Source: Octopus vulgaris (taxonomy: Eukaryota). Taken from it: 64,000 nucleotides of DNA. Where the stretch lies: positions 72,850,001 through 72,914,000 of the forward strand of contig OX597822.1 in assembly GCA_951406725.2 (NCBI GenBank), written 5' to 3'. Made by a program: the position numbers and the translations under genes. Under the pieces are notes generated by a model. It ran no database searches. It saw only the letters and a program-made list of their open reading frames with translations, and was not told the origin of the DNA. Shown here one piece after another: positions 27,687-41,639 of this stretch (its first letter is position 1; every line of letters starts with the position of its first letter).

Positions 27687-29920
27687 GTATGAGCTTATAC
27701 ATGTATATGTGCGTCTGTTTGTATGGAATATCGGAAAAGAGAGTGATAGACAGAGGTTAGTGGATAGAATCGAAAGTAGTTCAGCTGCATATTGTCAATA
27801 TCCTAATCTGAAGTAAACTCATCTCGGAAATATGTTTATATAATTTTAAATATTTGCGCTGAAATTCCATAATACATATCCCCGTTGAATTCTGATTCCC
27901 TCTAATAGTTTTGCATTACTCTCCGAAAACCAATATTGTTAAGAAAACCATCAAGTTTCTATCGTATCTTTTGTACCATATAATGTATCTTGGGGCTGAG
28001 CTATTCTATTGTGTTCAAAATCAATGTAATTTTGCTGAAATAATTTCTATTAGGAAAAATCAAGTTTGCACACCACTGTCTACATTTAGCTTCATGTTAA
28101 GAAGACAAATTAAAAAATACTATTAATCTTTTCCTTCTTAGAAATACGTGTCACGTGGTGAATTATATGCAAATTGTTGCTGAAGAATTAAGGACAGAGA
28201 ATACAGAACATGCATATCAGTTGGGTCTTTAGATGGAGCTAAAAGAATTGTAAGATATCTGATAAAATCTTGATCGAAGTCTAATGATTAGGCAGAGGTT
28301 TTCTTTTAAACTCTTCTATTCAGTATTCTATTCATGTATAGCAAGTGAGTGTTACTGAAAGCTGATCGATACTAGAATGCTAAAATATCGAAATCAGGAA
28401 ATAGAGAAAAGTCGTTTTGCTTGCAACACAGTTATCAAGCTGAAACTGGTAATTTTCCAGGTCTCCACACAGCCAATGAATAGCTAGTTCCCGCTGGGCT
28501 CGTATGATATCTCTGCTTTTTGTTGATTTGTGTGGGTAGTCATTCATACACAAAACCAATGTGAACCCTGTATAATGGGAGAATGAAGCTAAAAGAACTT
28601 AGTATTATCCTAAGTACAGGTGTTGTACAAAGCAAAATTACACACTGTTCGATAAACAAAAGCCATCCAAACATTATCACAGCATCTCGCTTTATAGATT
28701 GCATCAAGGATTGTAACTTCCACTTGTTGAACAAATTCACAGTCGCAAATAAACACCAAACTCTGCTTCATAATCAACCATTTTCACCTAATTCCTTCCG
28801 CAAATTCAACTTCAAGCTCTTTTAAGCTTATTAAATTACATGTTTCTTTGTTTTTCGCCGAGATATTCGTATTCTCTGTAGCTCGCTCAGTTGTGGTAAC
28901 GACAAATAAACCACCAAAGATCAAACAAATGTAGATGCATTTACGACCAGCAAAACACTACAGCCACATCTTCATTATATACTACCTAATCGTTGTAGAA
29001 ACAAGTTACACATTCAAGGTATTCAGTACCGAATACAATATGCCACCCAACCATAAAAAATGGAAAGAAAGATGAAATGGAACTGTTATGGTAGAGAAGG
29101 CTTACCAAGCGGAGTGTACGTGGGAAATGTGTTTCTGAGAACAGAAACACATTCGAACGCGGTAAGAGGACGGAAATGTCGGTCGTCTGCACAAAGCAAA
29201 TTCAAAGACTTATAACGATAAGTGTCTTTTAAACTCGACAAAATTTTCGCTCAAATGCCACCAAATAAAGCGTTTTTAAATACTCTAGAAAATTATACCA
29301 TATATATGTTTATACAAATTTTACACATAGAAATATAAACTTTGGAAATTGGACACAAAAGAATTTGGAATTTCTGTACTGCATCCTGAATTATATTTAA
29401 AAATTTTATTGAACGAAAAATCGCCTAGCGTCAATCAAGACATCCTCGCATTCATAATTAAGTAAAAATTCTTTACATTATAACATATAACACCAAATAA
29501 TACTAAAAATAGAGCAGACTGATCTTATTTCGATGGTTGTGATCTAATAATATGCATTAAAACTTACGCACAGGATATAGAAATCACAACCAACTGTAGA
29601 CTAATAAGAAACGATAGTATACTAGAAATGTAGACGTTCAAAATAAAACAAACGAAATAAAACATACTAAATATGTTGCAGGTAATCCAGCACAACCTGT
29701 TATGTGGTCGGATCATCAGTGATGAAGTCGCCACTCCCATCAGAATGGCTTGGAGATGTCTGTTGCTGGGAACTAAACAAGAAAAATAAAACTAGTGAAA
29801 AGGATGCCAGAACGCAGCGTAGAGTCAGCAATTATTAAGAAGCAAATACCTCAGTGGGGCGCTGTACGACTGTCTTCTAAGTGGAGGTCCACTAGTTCCT
29901 CTCGTAATTTCCATCTTGGA

Positions 29921-30290
29921 CAAGGAATCTCAACCCATTTTTTTTCTTTTCTCTATAGACTTTAGATTACAGTTTTACTCTGGTGAACCCCATAGCCTTT
30001 CGATGTTTAAGAATTAATTTTATCGATACTTTGAAATATCCTATTTTGTGTTTTCCCCATTCACTTATATGGGTTTATTAAAGGACTCTCCACGAGAGCA
30101 TGCTTTCCTTACTGGAAACATGTTGAACTATGTAAAACGTGACAGAAAGAAACCAGGTTATTTCATGCAGTAAATACATCTAAAGCAACATTTTTATGGA
30201 CCCCTACAATACGATAGTATTGATTACTTAGATCCCCAAAAATCTTACATGGACACCAGAAGTCATATGGACCCTGGTTGTGAACCATGA
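29921..30290. mobile_element. Decayed hAT-type non-autonomous element (MITE)
   Basis: Ends CAAGGAATCTCAACC... and ...GGACCCTGGTTGTGAACCATG resemble CAGGGGTTCTCAAC-type hAT TIRs. Internal GGACCC repeats. Confidence 0.4.
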
Positions 30291-32221
30291 TCCAGGAACA
30301 GGTTATTCCGATGTGAGACTGGATGCTACTTTTGGTTGTTCTGAGGCTACTGGAATCAAATATGTTCTCTCTGAAAGGTAAATATAGTTATGTGCACCCT
30401 ATATTCACTAAAATCAGTTTCACTCACTGGCAACGAATCAATGATAATTTCCGATCATTTTTGCTGCAGGAATCTAGGTATCATATATATCTGTGACAGT
30501 GAAATGCCACTACTTCCGTAGTGTACCACCATATGCGTACACAGAAGCCAAAGAGAAAGTAATAGCAGTTTTACTTCTTGTAGTTGCTTGCGCGATTCCG
30601 TCGTGTGGTTGTGCTCTTTAGGTAGTGACGTCGGTGGCCTAGAAGCAGTTACAATCGGACACATATTTACTTCTAGCATACCACCACCGGTGTTACTTCT
30701 CATCTAACTTTGCCGAAGTTAATGCAGTAGTTCCGTTTTTATATAAGAGAGACAAAGAAAGGACAATTTTGACGGAGATAGAACGTACGGTTCAAAACAA
30801 TTAAGATTTGTGGCCATTTAGCCAGGCCAAAGCAATAATAAAAACCATAATAATTACCATTATTGCAACTTAAATATTCTTAGTTTATTATCGGAAGAAA
30901 GAAGAAAAATCTGAAGGAAGCGTGTGATTATAACAGCCGGAGGAATGCAAATTGGTCTTGATAATGAAAATGTAGACCAGATATAGATTATGTGTCTGGG
31001 AAGAATATGTAATATAACAATTAACCTATTACCATCATCATCAACATCAGCATCATGGCCTTCATCATCATTATCTACAATGTCGTTATGAATTTTGTTG
31101 TTGCTGTTGCCGTTGCTATCACTGTCATCATCATTGTCCGTGGTGCTTGTTGTTTTGAGATTAAATACATTTATCTAATTTATTCCTAATTCACAATTCA
31201 CAATACACCTAACATTCAATTTAAATATTCGCGATAGATTGCTTCCCTATAATTATGTGTTTTGGCCAGGAATATTTCATGATTTAATTCACAGCTATTG
31301 TCAAAACTTCAAATCTGCTGATGTTAAATTTCATATTTATATATTTCTTTTATTGAAAAAACAATTTTCTTCTATATATTTGGTCTTACATTTATTTGTT
31401 ATTTTCCTTCAACTATAATTTTATAAGATTAACTTTTTTTAATTTCCAAAGAGACAAAATATAAAAACAGTAGAAAACGTTGAAAAATATACGGGAAATA
31501 TTTTAGGGTAATTTTATTTTAATTTAATTTAAATTTTTTATTGTTTAATTGTCTTTCCTTTCATTGCTGTTTTCCCCCTTTTTAATTTTATTTTTACGCT
31601 AATCTAATCCCCGATCTAAGAAATAAGAAAACAGAAATATAAAAAACATATACGCTATGTAAACCACAGATGGAGTAAGATAAATCACAAAAATAATAAC
31701 TCCTTGATGAGCCAGAAGGAATTCATGGAAACATTATGATTCAAATTCTTTCGTATTCTATCAATATGGAAACAAAGAAGGAACAATAAATGTTTTACAC
31801 ACACACACACACACACAAACATTTATATGTATGTGTATGTATGTATGTATGCATGTATGTATACACACATACATATGCTCACACGCATAAACAGATAGAT
31901 AGATAGATAAGGTGGATATAAACCTAAATATCACACCATAGGTCGAAGATAGCCAGTGTGTTGACGCTTTAGATATATCTAATTTAATAAATACAAGTCA
32001 AGTTTATATTAATCTTTTCAACCATCTCTAGTATTATTTTGTCTCCCTTTTTCATATGTCACCCTCTCACCTTACTGATTATTTATGTAGATGTTTATTT
32101 GTATGTGTGTGTATGTAAGTAGATGTTTATGTGTGTGTAAAATATATATATATATATATATAGATATATATATATGTATGTATGTATCTGTGTGCGTATG
32201 CATGCACACACACACATTTAT

Positions 32222-32408
32222 ATGAAACAGAGAAAAAAGGACAAAACAAAAATGAAACAAACGTGAGGAAATAGCACAAGCAATGTATTACGACGCTCAG
32301 AGAAAGAAGAGAGTAGTTGTTTACGTTTCAAGCATAGCTCTTCTTCGGAAAGTACAGAATGGAAGGAGGAAGGCGAGGGAAAAATTGCGACCAGTCCAGG
32401 TTCGAGAC
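32222..32408 (-). mobile_element. TA-flanked hammerhead-type element (family of 59495-59697)
   Basis: Minus strand CCGAAGA-agagc-tat-gctt-GAAACGTA. Shares GAGCGTC and flanking blocks with the 59495 copy. Confidence 0.6.
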
Positions 32409-32421
32409 ATATATATATATA

Positions 32422-33679
32422 TCAGGTCATTAACAATGAAATGTACAATTTTTAACTGAAAGTTTATTTATTTAATCTGAACAGAAAGCAATGCTGTGAA
32501 TCAACGTCGGCACTGAAATAGCCATTTTATCGGTATCTTATATATGCTGGTAGCGAAGAATTCTGGAGAACAAGAAGTAAGGAAATCACGAAAAACTGTG
32601 TTTGTATCTTCTTCAGATTTGAATTTTTCTTTCCTTGAAAAAGTTGCCTAATGCTTGGAAAACGTGATAGTCAGTCGGTGTAGGATCTGGTGAATATGAC
32701 AGAGTACTTCCAAGTTCAGTTCCTGTAACTTAAGTAGCGTCCTTTGTGCAACATGTGGTCGAGCATTGTCTTGCAAAAGAATTGGCCTGTCTCTGTTGAC
32801 CAATCCTGGTTGTTTAATTGCAACTTTACTCATCATTACATCCAACTGGTTGATGTTTACATCCGTTGTAACTGACTTACCAGCTCTCATGAAGCTGTAG
32901 AGGATGATACAAGCGTTGGACCACCAAACAGACAGCATTAGCTTTTTTGGTGAATATTCTTTTTCGGATTGATTTTTGGCAATTCGTCGCTCTCCAACAA
33001 CCGGGAAGAAAGCTTGCTATTGTTGAAAAGAATCTATTTTTCATTAAACATCACAATACGATGCAAAAATGGTTCGCTTTTATGCCGTGACAGCAAATAA
33101 CAGCAAGTTTCAAGACGACGTGTTATTTGACGCTCGTTCAGTTCGTGCGTTATCCACGTGTCTAGGTTCTCTACCCTACCGATTTGTTTGAAATGGTCCA
33201 ATACAGTTGGAATCGAAACATCAAACCTTGCTGCTAACTCACGTGTTGTTTGAGATATATCCGCTTCTACAACAGTTCCAGGTCATTATTATCCCCCTTG
33301 GTATCAGGTCTACCACGGGGCTGATTTTCAAGAATAAAGGCACCAGAAAGGAACTTCTCAAACCATCGACGTACAGTGCACTCATTCGCCGCATCTTCAA
33401 ATACCGCATTGATGTTTCGAGCTGCCTGTGATGCATTGGTTCCATGACGGAACTCATGTTCATAAGCACGAATTTTTTTATCGATCCATGGGTTCACAAA
33501 AATTGATTTACAAGAAAAAAACTCACAATATAAATCAGACACCATGAATTGCATTTCGAAAAGTGATGATGTAACTCTTGAATGTTGTAAAACAAAGAAT
33601 TGTCAGAATAAAGCATTAGAGTTAACGACTGTCAAATTTGTGCATAAGAAAATCGGGCATTTCATTCTTATTGACCTGA
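32422..33679 (-). mobile_element. Mariner (DD34D-type) transposon, full length, decayed
   Basis: TIRs TCAGGTCATTAACAATGAAATG / CATTTCATTCTTATTGACCTGA with TA flanks. Translation includes AARNINAVF..TVRRWFEKF..PRGRP, LQDNARPHVA and YSPD. Confidence 0.92.
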
Positions 33680-33775
33680 TATATCTATCTATGTAGCTAT
33701 CTATCTATCTAGCTATATATATATATATATATCTGTGTGTGTGTATATATATATATATATAGATACCTACACACG

Positions 33776-33841
<66 letters not shown>

Positions 33842-34224
33842 TATATTTACGCGTACATATATCTCGTACTTGTTTCAGTCAGTTGACTGTGAGTCTGTGC
33901 GTGTGTGCATGTGTGAGTTAGGTGTTCTTGTGTGCATGTATGATTGTGTTTATGTGCGAGCATCTGTCTGTATATGTTCTTAAGAAGTGTAAACTAACTG
34001 ATACACAGAGTAGCAACAGTATAAAACCAGAGGCTGCTTAATACAATATAATTCACCAATCTTTATGTTATTATCTCAAGACTAGCCTAGAACCTGGGGT
34101 GGTTATTTCCTCTAATTATCTGTGTAATATGTACAATCAATATATTTTGCTATAGCCTAAAAAGTCACTATTTCAGCACTATATTTAATGTGGTACATAT
34201 ATATTGATGCACACTGACACATAG

Positions 34225-34296
<72 letters not shown>

Positions 34297-35270
34297 ATGT
34301 ATGTATGTATGTATGTATGTGTTTGTGTAATTATATATATATATCCATATATTTTTGCATGAGTGTTTGTGTATGTGAACAAAATTAAGAAAAATTGACT
34401 GAGAGAAAGAGAGAATGTGGTTACTTCTATCTAACGTAATTTAATGGGTACGCTTTGTGAAAAGTACTCTTACCGGCACATTGCATGGTTTTGCACCCCA
34501 TAGTACAATACTGATAACCCCGCCTGTTAAATCAGCCTCATGGGAGGAGTTTCGTTTAATAAAGCCCTCTACTATCTAAGTCTGCGGGATTTTGTGTATG
34601 CTACTTAGTGACTGTTCTCGACTATAAGTGATACCAGGAAATGAAAGTAGCGTGAAATATCCTATTGAAATCTAATCTGAAGTATAGGATGTTATTAGAG
34701 TCTGCAAAGATCTCAAAGGCAGAAATAAGTCGCGAACAAGTGCAGGCTAGATATTTATTATTTCTAGAGAGATGTCATCTTAGAAAGAAAAGAAAGTGGA
34801 GAGATTTAATCTAAAAGAGATGCATGCTGATCAGGGAAAGCTGTTACTGAATAATTTGGTGAGAGAATATAGTCAATTAGACAGCGCTGTGCTATAAAAC
34901 ATTGTATGGTATACTACTTCAACGCTATACTTGCAACACCGATGTCATTGTTTTCACAATATGCCTGACAGCACAGCCGGGTTTTCAGCATATCAGCAAA
35001 TGAAACAAGAAATGTAGTATACGCAATACAAGCAGAAATCATAGCAATGTGTATCCCATGGTTTTCTACAAGGAAAGGAAATAAAGATTACGCGCGAAAG
35101 CAGGCAGTAAGAGTCAAGAAGAAGGCGTCTCACTGACACAAGATGACTTCAAGATATGTGGTTTTGTCAAAATCGCAATTGTTCTCAAAACGTTTTGTCA
35201 GATCTTGTAAATGTTTCTTTTAGTCCACCTAAGAACGGAAATTTAAATGCATGCATACTTACTCGTGTAG

Positions 35271-35301
<31 letters not shown>

Positions 35302-35436
35302 TACACAGAAATGTAATTTAAACACATGATCAAAAATATATAGAATTAAATGCATAAATATACGTATCTATATACATGTGTGCGCTTGTACGTATGTGCG
35401 TGTGTATGCGTAGGTATGGGTATATGCGTGTGCGTA

Positions 35437-35483
<47 letters not shown>

Positions 35484-35722
35484 AGAGTGTGAGACAGTAG
35501 GGGAGGATTGTGTGTATGTGTGTTTGTGATATCAACATGCCCGACAGCTGTTGCCACTTGTTTGGAACTGAGGCCCTTAAGAGAATGAAAGAACACGAGA
35601 CTGAAATGAATGTATATAATGATGAACACAAATACACACACACACACACACATACACACTCGCTAACACGCAAACACACACACACTCGCTAACACACTCA
35701 CAAGGAAATGAAATATACTTAC

Positions 35723-36299
35723 CTAAATATCGTGAAATGTTATTTCGTCAGTGATTTCTTCGCTGTTGTACTTTCCACTATGGTGACGAATGCAAAAGTA
35801 AACTAGACAAGAACTAATAATCAGTTTAATATTTCAAGATTATCATAATTTATGTGGACCTACCAATCCTAGTGTTGATTTATATCTCTTCCTTATTTTC
35901 TGTTTGTTCGGTTCTATTTATTATTTTTGCAGTTATTTATTACTTTAGTTTTTCTTGAATTCGTGTGCGCGAGTGTGTATGTGTGTGTTTGCGTACGTAT
36001 GTGTGTATGTGTGTGTATGTTTGTGTCAGTGGATATTTGCGTTTGTTTTTCCTCTCTTTTATTTGGATACTGTGTATCGATTTCTAATTTGTCAGGATCA
36101 AAAAACACCAGATTAATAATCAATCACTGGACGCTTGATTCGAATATAAATTTCGTCTTCTCTATGCTTTGGTTGTTTAGTATCGAGTGATAATAACAGT
36201 GATCAAATATTAGCCCGCCGAAAGCCTTCGCCATCATGGCCAAGATGTTGTCGCTTATTCATTTTGGTGTGCAGTCTTTTACCACTGTCGATTTGGAAT
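35723..36299 (-). other. Candidate spliced exon (577 nt, probably 5' UTR or non-coding) of a minus-strand host gene
   Basis: Acceptor tcttttttctttttctgttgtaattgcag|ATT and donor TTTAG|gtaagt. No long ORF, and not transposon-derived. Confidence 0.55.
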
Positions 36300-37512
36300 C
36301 TGCAATTACAACAGAAAAAGAAAAAAGATTATATTAAAGACATCCCTCATCCAGTTAATATTCGATTATTATGTCTTCGTAGTTATAATCGTTTCTATTA
36401 TTTGTAACGTTAGTAACACCGCTAGATAGAAAATTTGAGAGATGGCGGGTAAAACGCCTTAAAATAATTTGATATTATTATATCCGTCTTCACCGATTTC
36501 GACTTTAACATGCACATTTTCGTAATACACTAAATAGTACCACTGCAATACTATGCTATATTTAGTCGATTGCAAACCCTGTGCCGATATTAGCAAGTCC
36601 GTTCGACAAAAATTTTGATGTCAAATAATAAGCGTTTAAACGAAATTAATAGTCTTTGCTTGCTTTTGAACGGCTCGTTTGCGTCTTCGATGCTGTGATT
36701 CTTATCTTACCATTGGTGTTTTCAAATCGGTCGAAAATTCTGACGAAAGTGTTAGGGTTTTAAACTGATGTGGCGCGATTTGAACTCAGAACACAGAAGT
36801 TCGCAACAAATACCGTTAAGCATTATTACAACACTATCAACTCTAGTAATTCACTACCGACTGATATAACTGGTATTTATTACTTGCTCGACATTGGTCT
36901 GACCAGAATTCTAAACGTCGTCAATAATTTTCTTAACAAATCGTGATGCAGATATCTGAATACCATGCGCCGTATTTGGTTGTCAAACTATTTATCAGCT
37001 ATGTAAATATTACACCTTTATCGATTAGAGACGGCGCAAACCTAGGCAGCAACAGACTTGTGTGTCTCTACAAAATCTGTGTTAGGATAAATTTAGAATA
37101 TGATAGCTGTCACAACAATTTTAGATAAAATATCTCAAGTCCGTTATGTTCCGCACAAAGCCTCAAAAAGTTAGCACTTACGAGTACATTAAATTATTAT
37201 ACATCAATCGCAGACAATACGTCCAGACATAAATACTCATTCAATACCACACAGATACATAGAAAAACAAATAGACGGACGATAAGATTTTTTTTTTCAT
37301 AAATGTGAAACGAAGATCAACTTCAATTAAGATAGTCACTGAGCAACAGTGCATGAGTGTGTAATGGAACGTGCGTGTTTGCATGTGTGTAGGTGTGTTA
37401 TTCTTTAACAACAAAACTACAGATAGTGACTTTATAGTTTCGGCCAGCTAACTCATCATTGATGTGTCCGATGATGGTTGCGCCGCCAGAAACGTCAGTA
37501 CTTTTGTTTTCA

Positions 37513-37827
37513 TGGCTGTGTGGTAAGTAGTTTGCTTACCAACCACATGGTTCTGGGTTCAGTCCCACTGCGTGGCACCTTGGGCAAGTGCCTTCAACTA
37601 TAGCCTCGGGCCTACCAAAGCCTTGTGAGTGGATTTGGTAGATGGAAACTGAAAGAAGCCTGTCGTATATATGTGTATATATATACATATATATGTGTTT
37701 GTGTGTCTGTGTTTGTCCCCGCCAACATCGCTTGACAACCGATGGTGGTGTGTTTGCGTCCCCCGTAACTTAGCGGTTCGGCAAAAGAGACCGATAGAAT
37801 AAGTACTAGGCTTACAAAGAATAAGTT
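37513..37827 (+). mobile_element. SINE family B
   Basis: TGGCTGTGTGGTAAG...GGCACCTTGGGCAAGTG...ACTAGGCTTACAAAGAATAAG. Confidence 0.9.
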
Positions 37828-37940
37828 CTCTCTCTGCTTAATTTATCTTATTCCTTTCTGTTGAAACGTAGGCTCGAAACGTACAAGACTTTCTGACGTT
37901 CGTATACCCGTCTTCTGTTTTTCTGTAAATTTCAACTATA
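37828..37940 (+). mobile_element. Fragment of hammerhead-type TA-tailed element
   Basis: CTGTTGAAACGTAGGCTCGAAACGTA, ending in (TA)n. Related to 59495-59697. Confidence 0.45.
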
Positions 37941-38015
37941 TATATATATAAAAATTTCGGTGGGAATGGTGTTGTTATACCGTGCCCTATTTTACAATCC
38001 TGTAAATAATAATAA

Positions 38016-38330
38016 TGGTATTTTTAAATAGGCCAAAAGCTTATGGCGATCACCGTCCAGTCACTAAGGAAAATAGTCTAATAACGAGGCATATAAGCCT
38101 GCGACGGAAAATAGCTTTCTTATTTGTGTGGGACTCGAACGAACATCCCATATTCCCTGGTGTAAAGGCAACACACTTAGTCACGTTAACAAAGAGGTGT
38201 GGTTCGAGTCCTAAGCGAATAGGAAAGTGTTGCTTTTCCTGACGAGGGCTTATATGCCCCGTTATTAGACTATTTTCTTTAGTCATTGCACGGCGGTCGC
38301 CATAAGCTTTACACTTATATAGAAATACCA
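38016..38330 (+). mobile_element. tRNA-headed element with inverted copy of its own 3' part
   Basis: A-box TGGTGTAAAGG (38158), B-box GGTTCGAGTCC (38201). Arms 38016-38140 / 38202-38330 are inverted. Confidence 0.75.
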
Positions 38331-38354
38331 CAGACATACAAATAGATATACACG

Positions 38355-38517
38355 ACGTGCGTCCTTCAGTTTCCGCCTACCAAATCCACTCGCAAGGCTT
38401 TTGGTTGCCCCGAGGCTATAGTTGAAGACATTTGCCCGACGTGCCACGCAGTGGGACTGAAACCGGAACCATGTGCTTGGGAAGAAAGCTTCTTAACACA
38501 CAGCCATGCCTGCGCCT
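38355..38517 (-). mobile_element. SINE family B head
   Basis: CCTTCAGTTTCCGCCTACCAAATCCAC...CACACAGCCATGCCTGCGCC. Confidence 0.85.
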
Positions 38518-40804
38518 ATATATGTATATAATGTGTTTCTTATGTGCATTGGTTGTGGATGCACAAAATGCTTTGTGGTATCACCATATTTATCAATTAC
38601 CTCAATTTCCGGTTGAATGAATCTGCTTTATTTCATGTTTGTTATGTGGTACTTTAAGTAAAATCTAAAGCGCAATGGTCAATAAAATCGACCAAAAGCC
38701 TTCAGCACCGTTGTCCCTAAAATGGCCGCAACTAAAATAATTGAAATCGATAAACGTTTCAAAGAATGTGTGTGTGTCTGTAAACTTATACGTATGCTTG
38801 TTACAGAGAAGGCTTATATTTAAATGCATTACTTTTTGAGTAAAAAAATGTTGTTAGCTGTTTTATGGCGTCTGTTGGAATACATTTATCAGCTGAGCGA
38901 GCTAGTAATAGTTCACATTTATTTATACGGTATGTATAAGTGAGTGTATTTAAATGTTTATAACAATGCATGTATTTATAATATTTTTTTAAAATTATAC
39001 TTCCTCTGCCTATTCTACTTCGCCCATCTTACTGCCTCTTCGAAACATTTTCACTAATATTGTATTCAGTGTATGAACTTACATGTTTTATAGTTTAGGA
39101 TGTTGACTTTTTTCTCTTTTTGTAGCGTAATTTCCTTAGAAAACTTTTAACAGCTTGCAAAAAAAAAATGAAAGAAAATGCTAGATTTGTGGTTTCCTAA
39201 TAGCAGCAGAATCCGAAATACACTTGGACGTTTGTTATTTATGCAGGATGTGAAGCCTCCACGCCAACATAAAAAAAAAAACAATTCATAAAAAAGCACC
39301 AGTCAATGCCTACAGCTGATATGTACTCGAGCCAAGAAAACATAGAAATTTAAATTAAGTCTTCAGAATGAAGGTTGTACGTACAAAATGCGGATATACT
39401 TGGAAATATGTTGTGTAAACACATAACATACATAGACTTAAAAGTACACACAGTACCTTAATTTATGGATGACCTACATTTAATGACATCGATTAAATAT
39501 TTTGCAAGGACACCATTCATCCTATCATTATATATTACATAGATCTTTTTTCTCTGATTTAGATTATCAGCACCAGCATATATATTCCATTTCAGCTAGT
39601 TTTTGTTCATAAATAATTTCATTCCAATCAAGGAATAATAACTAGCAGATTTTATTTTACTTGTTTACCAAAAACACTAAATCAAGTTGTGGGGAATTAT
39701 TTTTGCCTTTGCATTTTTTTGGTGTTTTAGTTTCTAGTACTTTTTGTTTGTCGTCTGGTTGATGCGTCTGGTTGATATTTTTTGTCGTCTGGCTGATACA
39801 ATTTCCGCTGATAAGGGAGATAATTCTACCTTATAATTCGACCGAAGTAGGCGTCACAAAAAGCAATTAGAAAAAGAAGAATATATAGATGAAAACTTGA
39901 GGTAAAAGAAAATGAGAAATGAAGGAGTGCATGTATGTGAATGTATGTCTGTCGGTGATTGTGCGAGAGGGAGGGAGGGAAGGAGAGAGAGAGAGAGAAG
40001 GGTGAGAATGTGAGTGATTGTGTGTGCGAAAAAGAAGCTGAAAATGATATGAGTGGGTGAGTTTATGGATGAGATGTAAAAGTTAAAGTGAAATAATGAG
40101 GAATCCTCAGCAGTAGGTATTACTCTTAATGTTTGAAGGTATTTGGTCCTATCAATAAGTAGTTAGTCCTGCTGCCTTCATTCAGAGTGAAGCAGATTGT
40201 TTAACTGTAATGTCCCACGCACCTCCAAACTACGAATGATTGTAATGGGTCTTCGATCGTGAATCCTTTTGCCTAACTACTTACCCACGCGATCTCTGAA
40301 GTTTTGAATGGATAGAAATTGAGTCCATTTGACTGAACAATTACTTACTCATCGTCGAGACCTACAAGGCCATATTTGTATGATTGCCAAAAATACAAAA
40401 TGCAGTAAGATTCATTATTTTATGTGTTACTTTATAGGATGTCTGATATTTTGCTTCATTGTCTCACGGCGGGTTATCGGCCGTTGTAGTTATCTAGGAT
40501 GTTGATGTCTTCTTTTTCTTCTTCTTCCAATCAGGACTCACGCCATTAGACACAAAGAATAATCCCTAATTCGAGCCTACTCTAAGCTACTAAGAATGCG
40601 TGTGGCAACTTGAAGATCTACCCACCACACGTGATAGACTGGCGGTTGCACGGGCGCGAAAGCTACGTTGTTATTCTCATTCCGTAAATGGCGGCTTTTA
40701 ACGGGTGGAGAGCTGAACCATCCTGGGGTACATAGGATTCGTAATCTAGAGTCTGAAAGTTTACCACACCATAGTGGGTTACACCATGGTTCCTCTGCTT
40801 TGTG

Positions 40805-40986
40805 GTAGAAGTAGTAAGAAAGAGTGAGAAAAAGTTGTGGTGAAAGAGTGCAGCGGCGTTCACCACCCATTCCCAGCGGAGCCTCGTGGAGCTTAAGTAT
40901 TTTTGCTAAATAAACACTCACAATGCCCGGTCTGGGAATCGAAACCGCGTGTTCGCTGCCCTAACCACTGGGCCATTGTGCCTCCA
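40805..40986 (-). mobile_element. tRNA SINE family C
   Basis: Minus-strand head TGGAGGCACAATGGCCCAGTGGTTAGGGCAGCG...GGTTTCGATTCCCAGACCGGG. Confidence 0.8.
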
Positions 40987-41639
40987 CGGATGTTGATGCT
41001 GCTTGGTTATTTGGTTAGTAGAGATTAAGCGAGCTTAAGTTCTAAAGTGTTCTAGCGTTGCCTTGCTTCGCATATTGACCAACTTCTACATATTTCGATA
41101 CGGTCTCTATGTAGTCTTTTGTTTAGTATACTTATCAAACAGCAGATTAAAATTTAAGAGAACCGTAACTGATATTTCTAGCAGCTCTTGCAACCAGGTA
41201 ATGGCTTCTTCCTTGTTCACGTGTACTATGAGACATTTTCTGCGTAGTTGAGCTGTCTTTTTGATGTGCTGTTTCATGATTTGCTCAATTATCTAAATTA
41301 ATGTTATATTGGATTGTCTGTCGTTTCATTTTCTGTTTCATTAGTTCATAAGACACTGTGAGCTTAGCGGGTGTCTGTATAAGTTCGTATTTTAAATAGG
41401 TCTTTTGAAACCTTACTTAGAGAGCTTAATTAATAAATTAATGTTTTGAATGTTCTGTAGTTGATTCAGCTTTTGACATGAATTATTCAAGTAGCTGTGG
41501 TCATTGCCAGACGGTTGCTTAACCATCACATTTTCAGAGATTTCTAATAGTTATGAAAACGTTATATTTTGGTCTTCGAATTTACTCATTCGTTTGAGAT
41601 TTGGTTTCGTTTCTTTTATTCGTTTATACTATTATTTTA

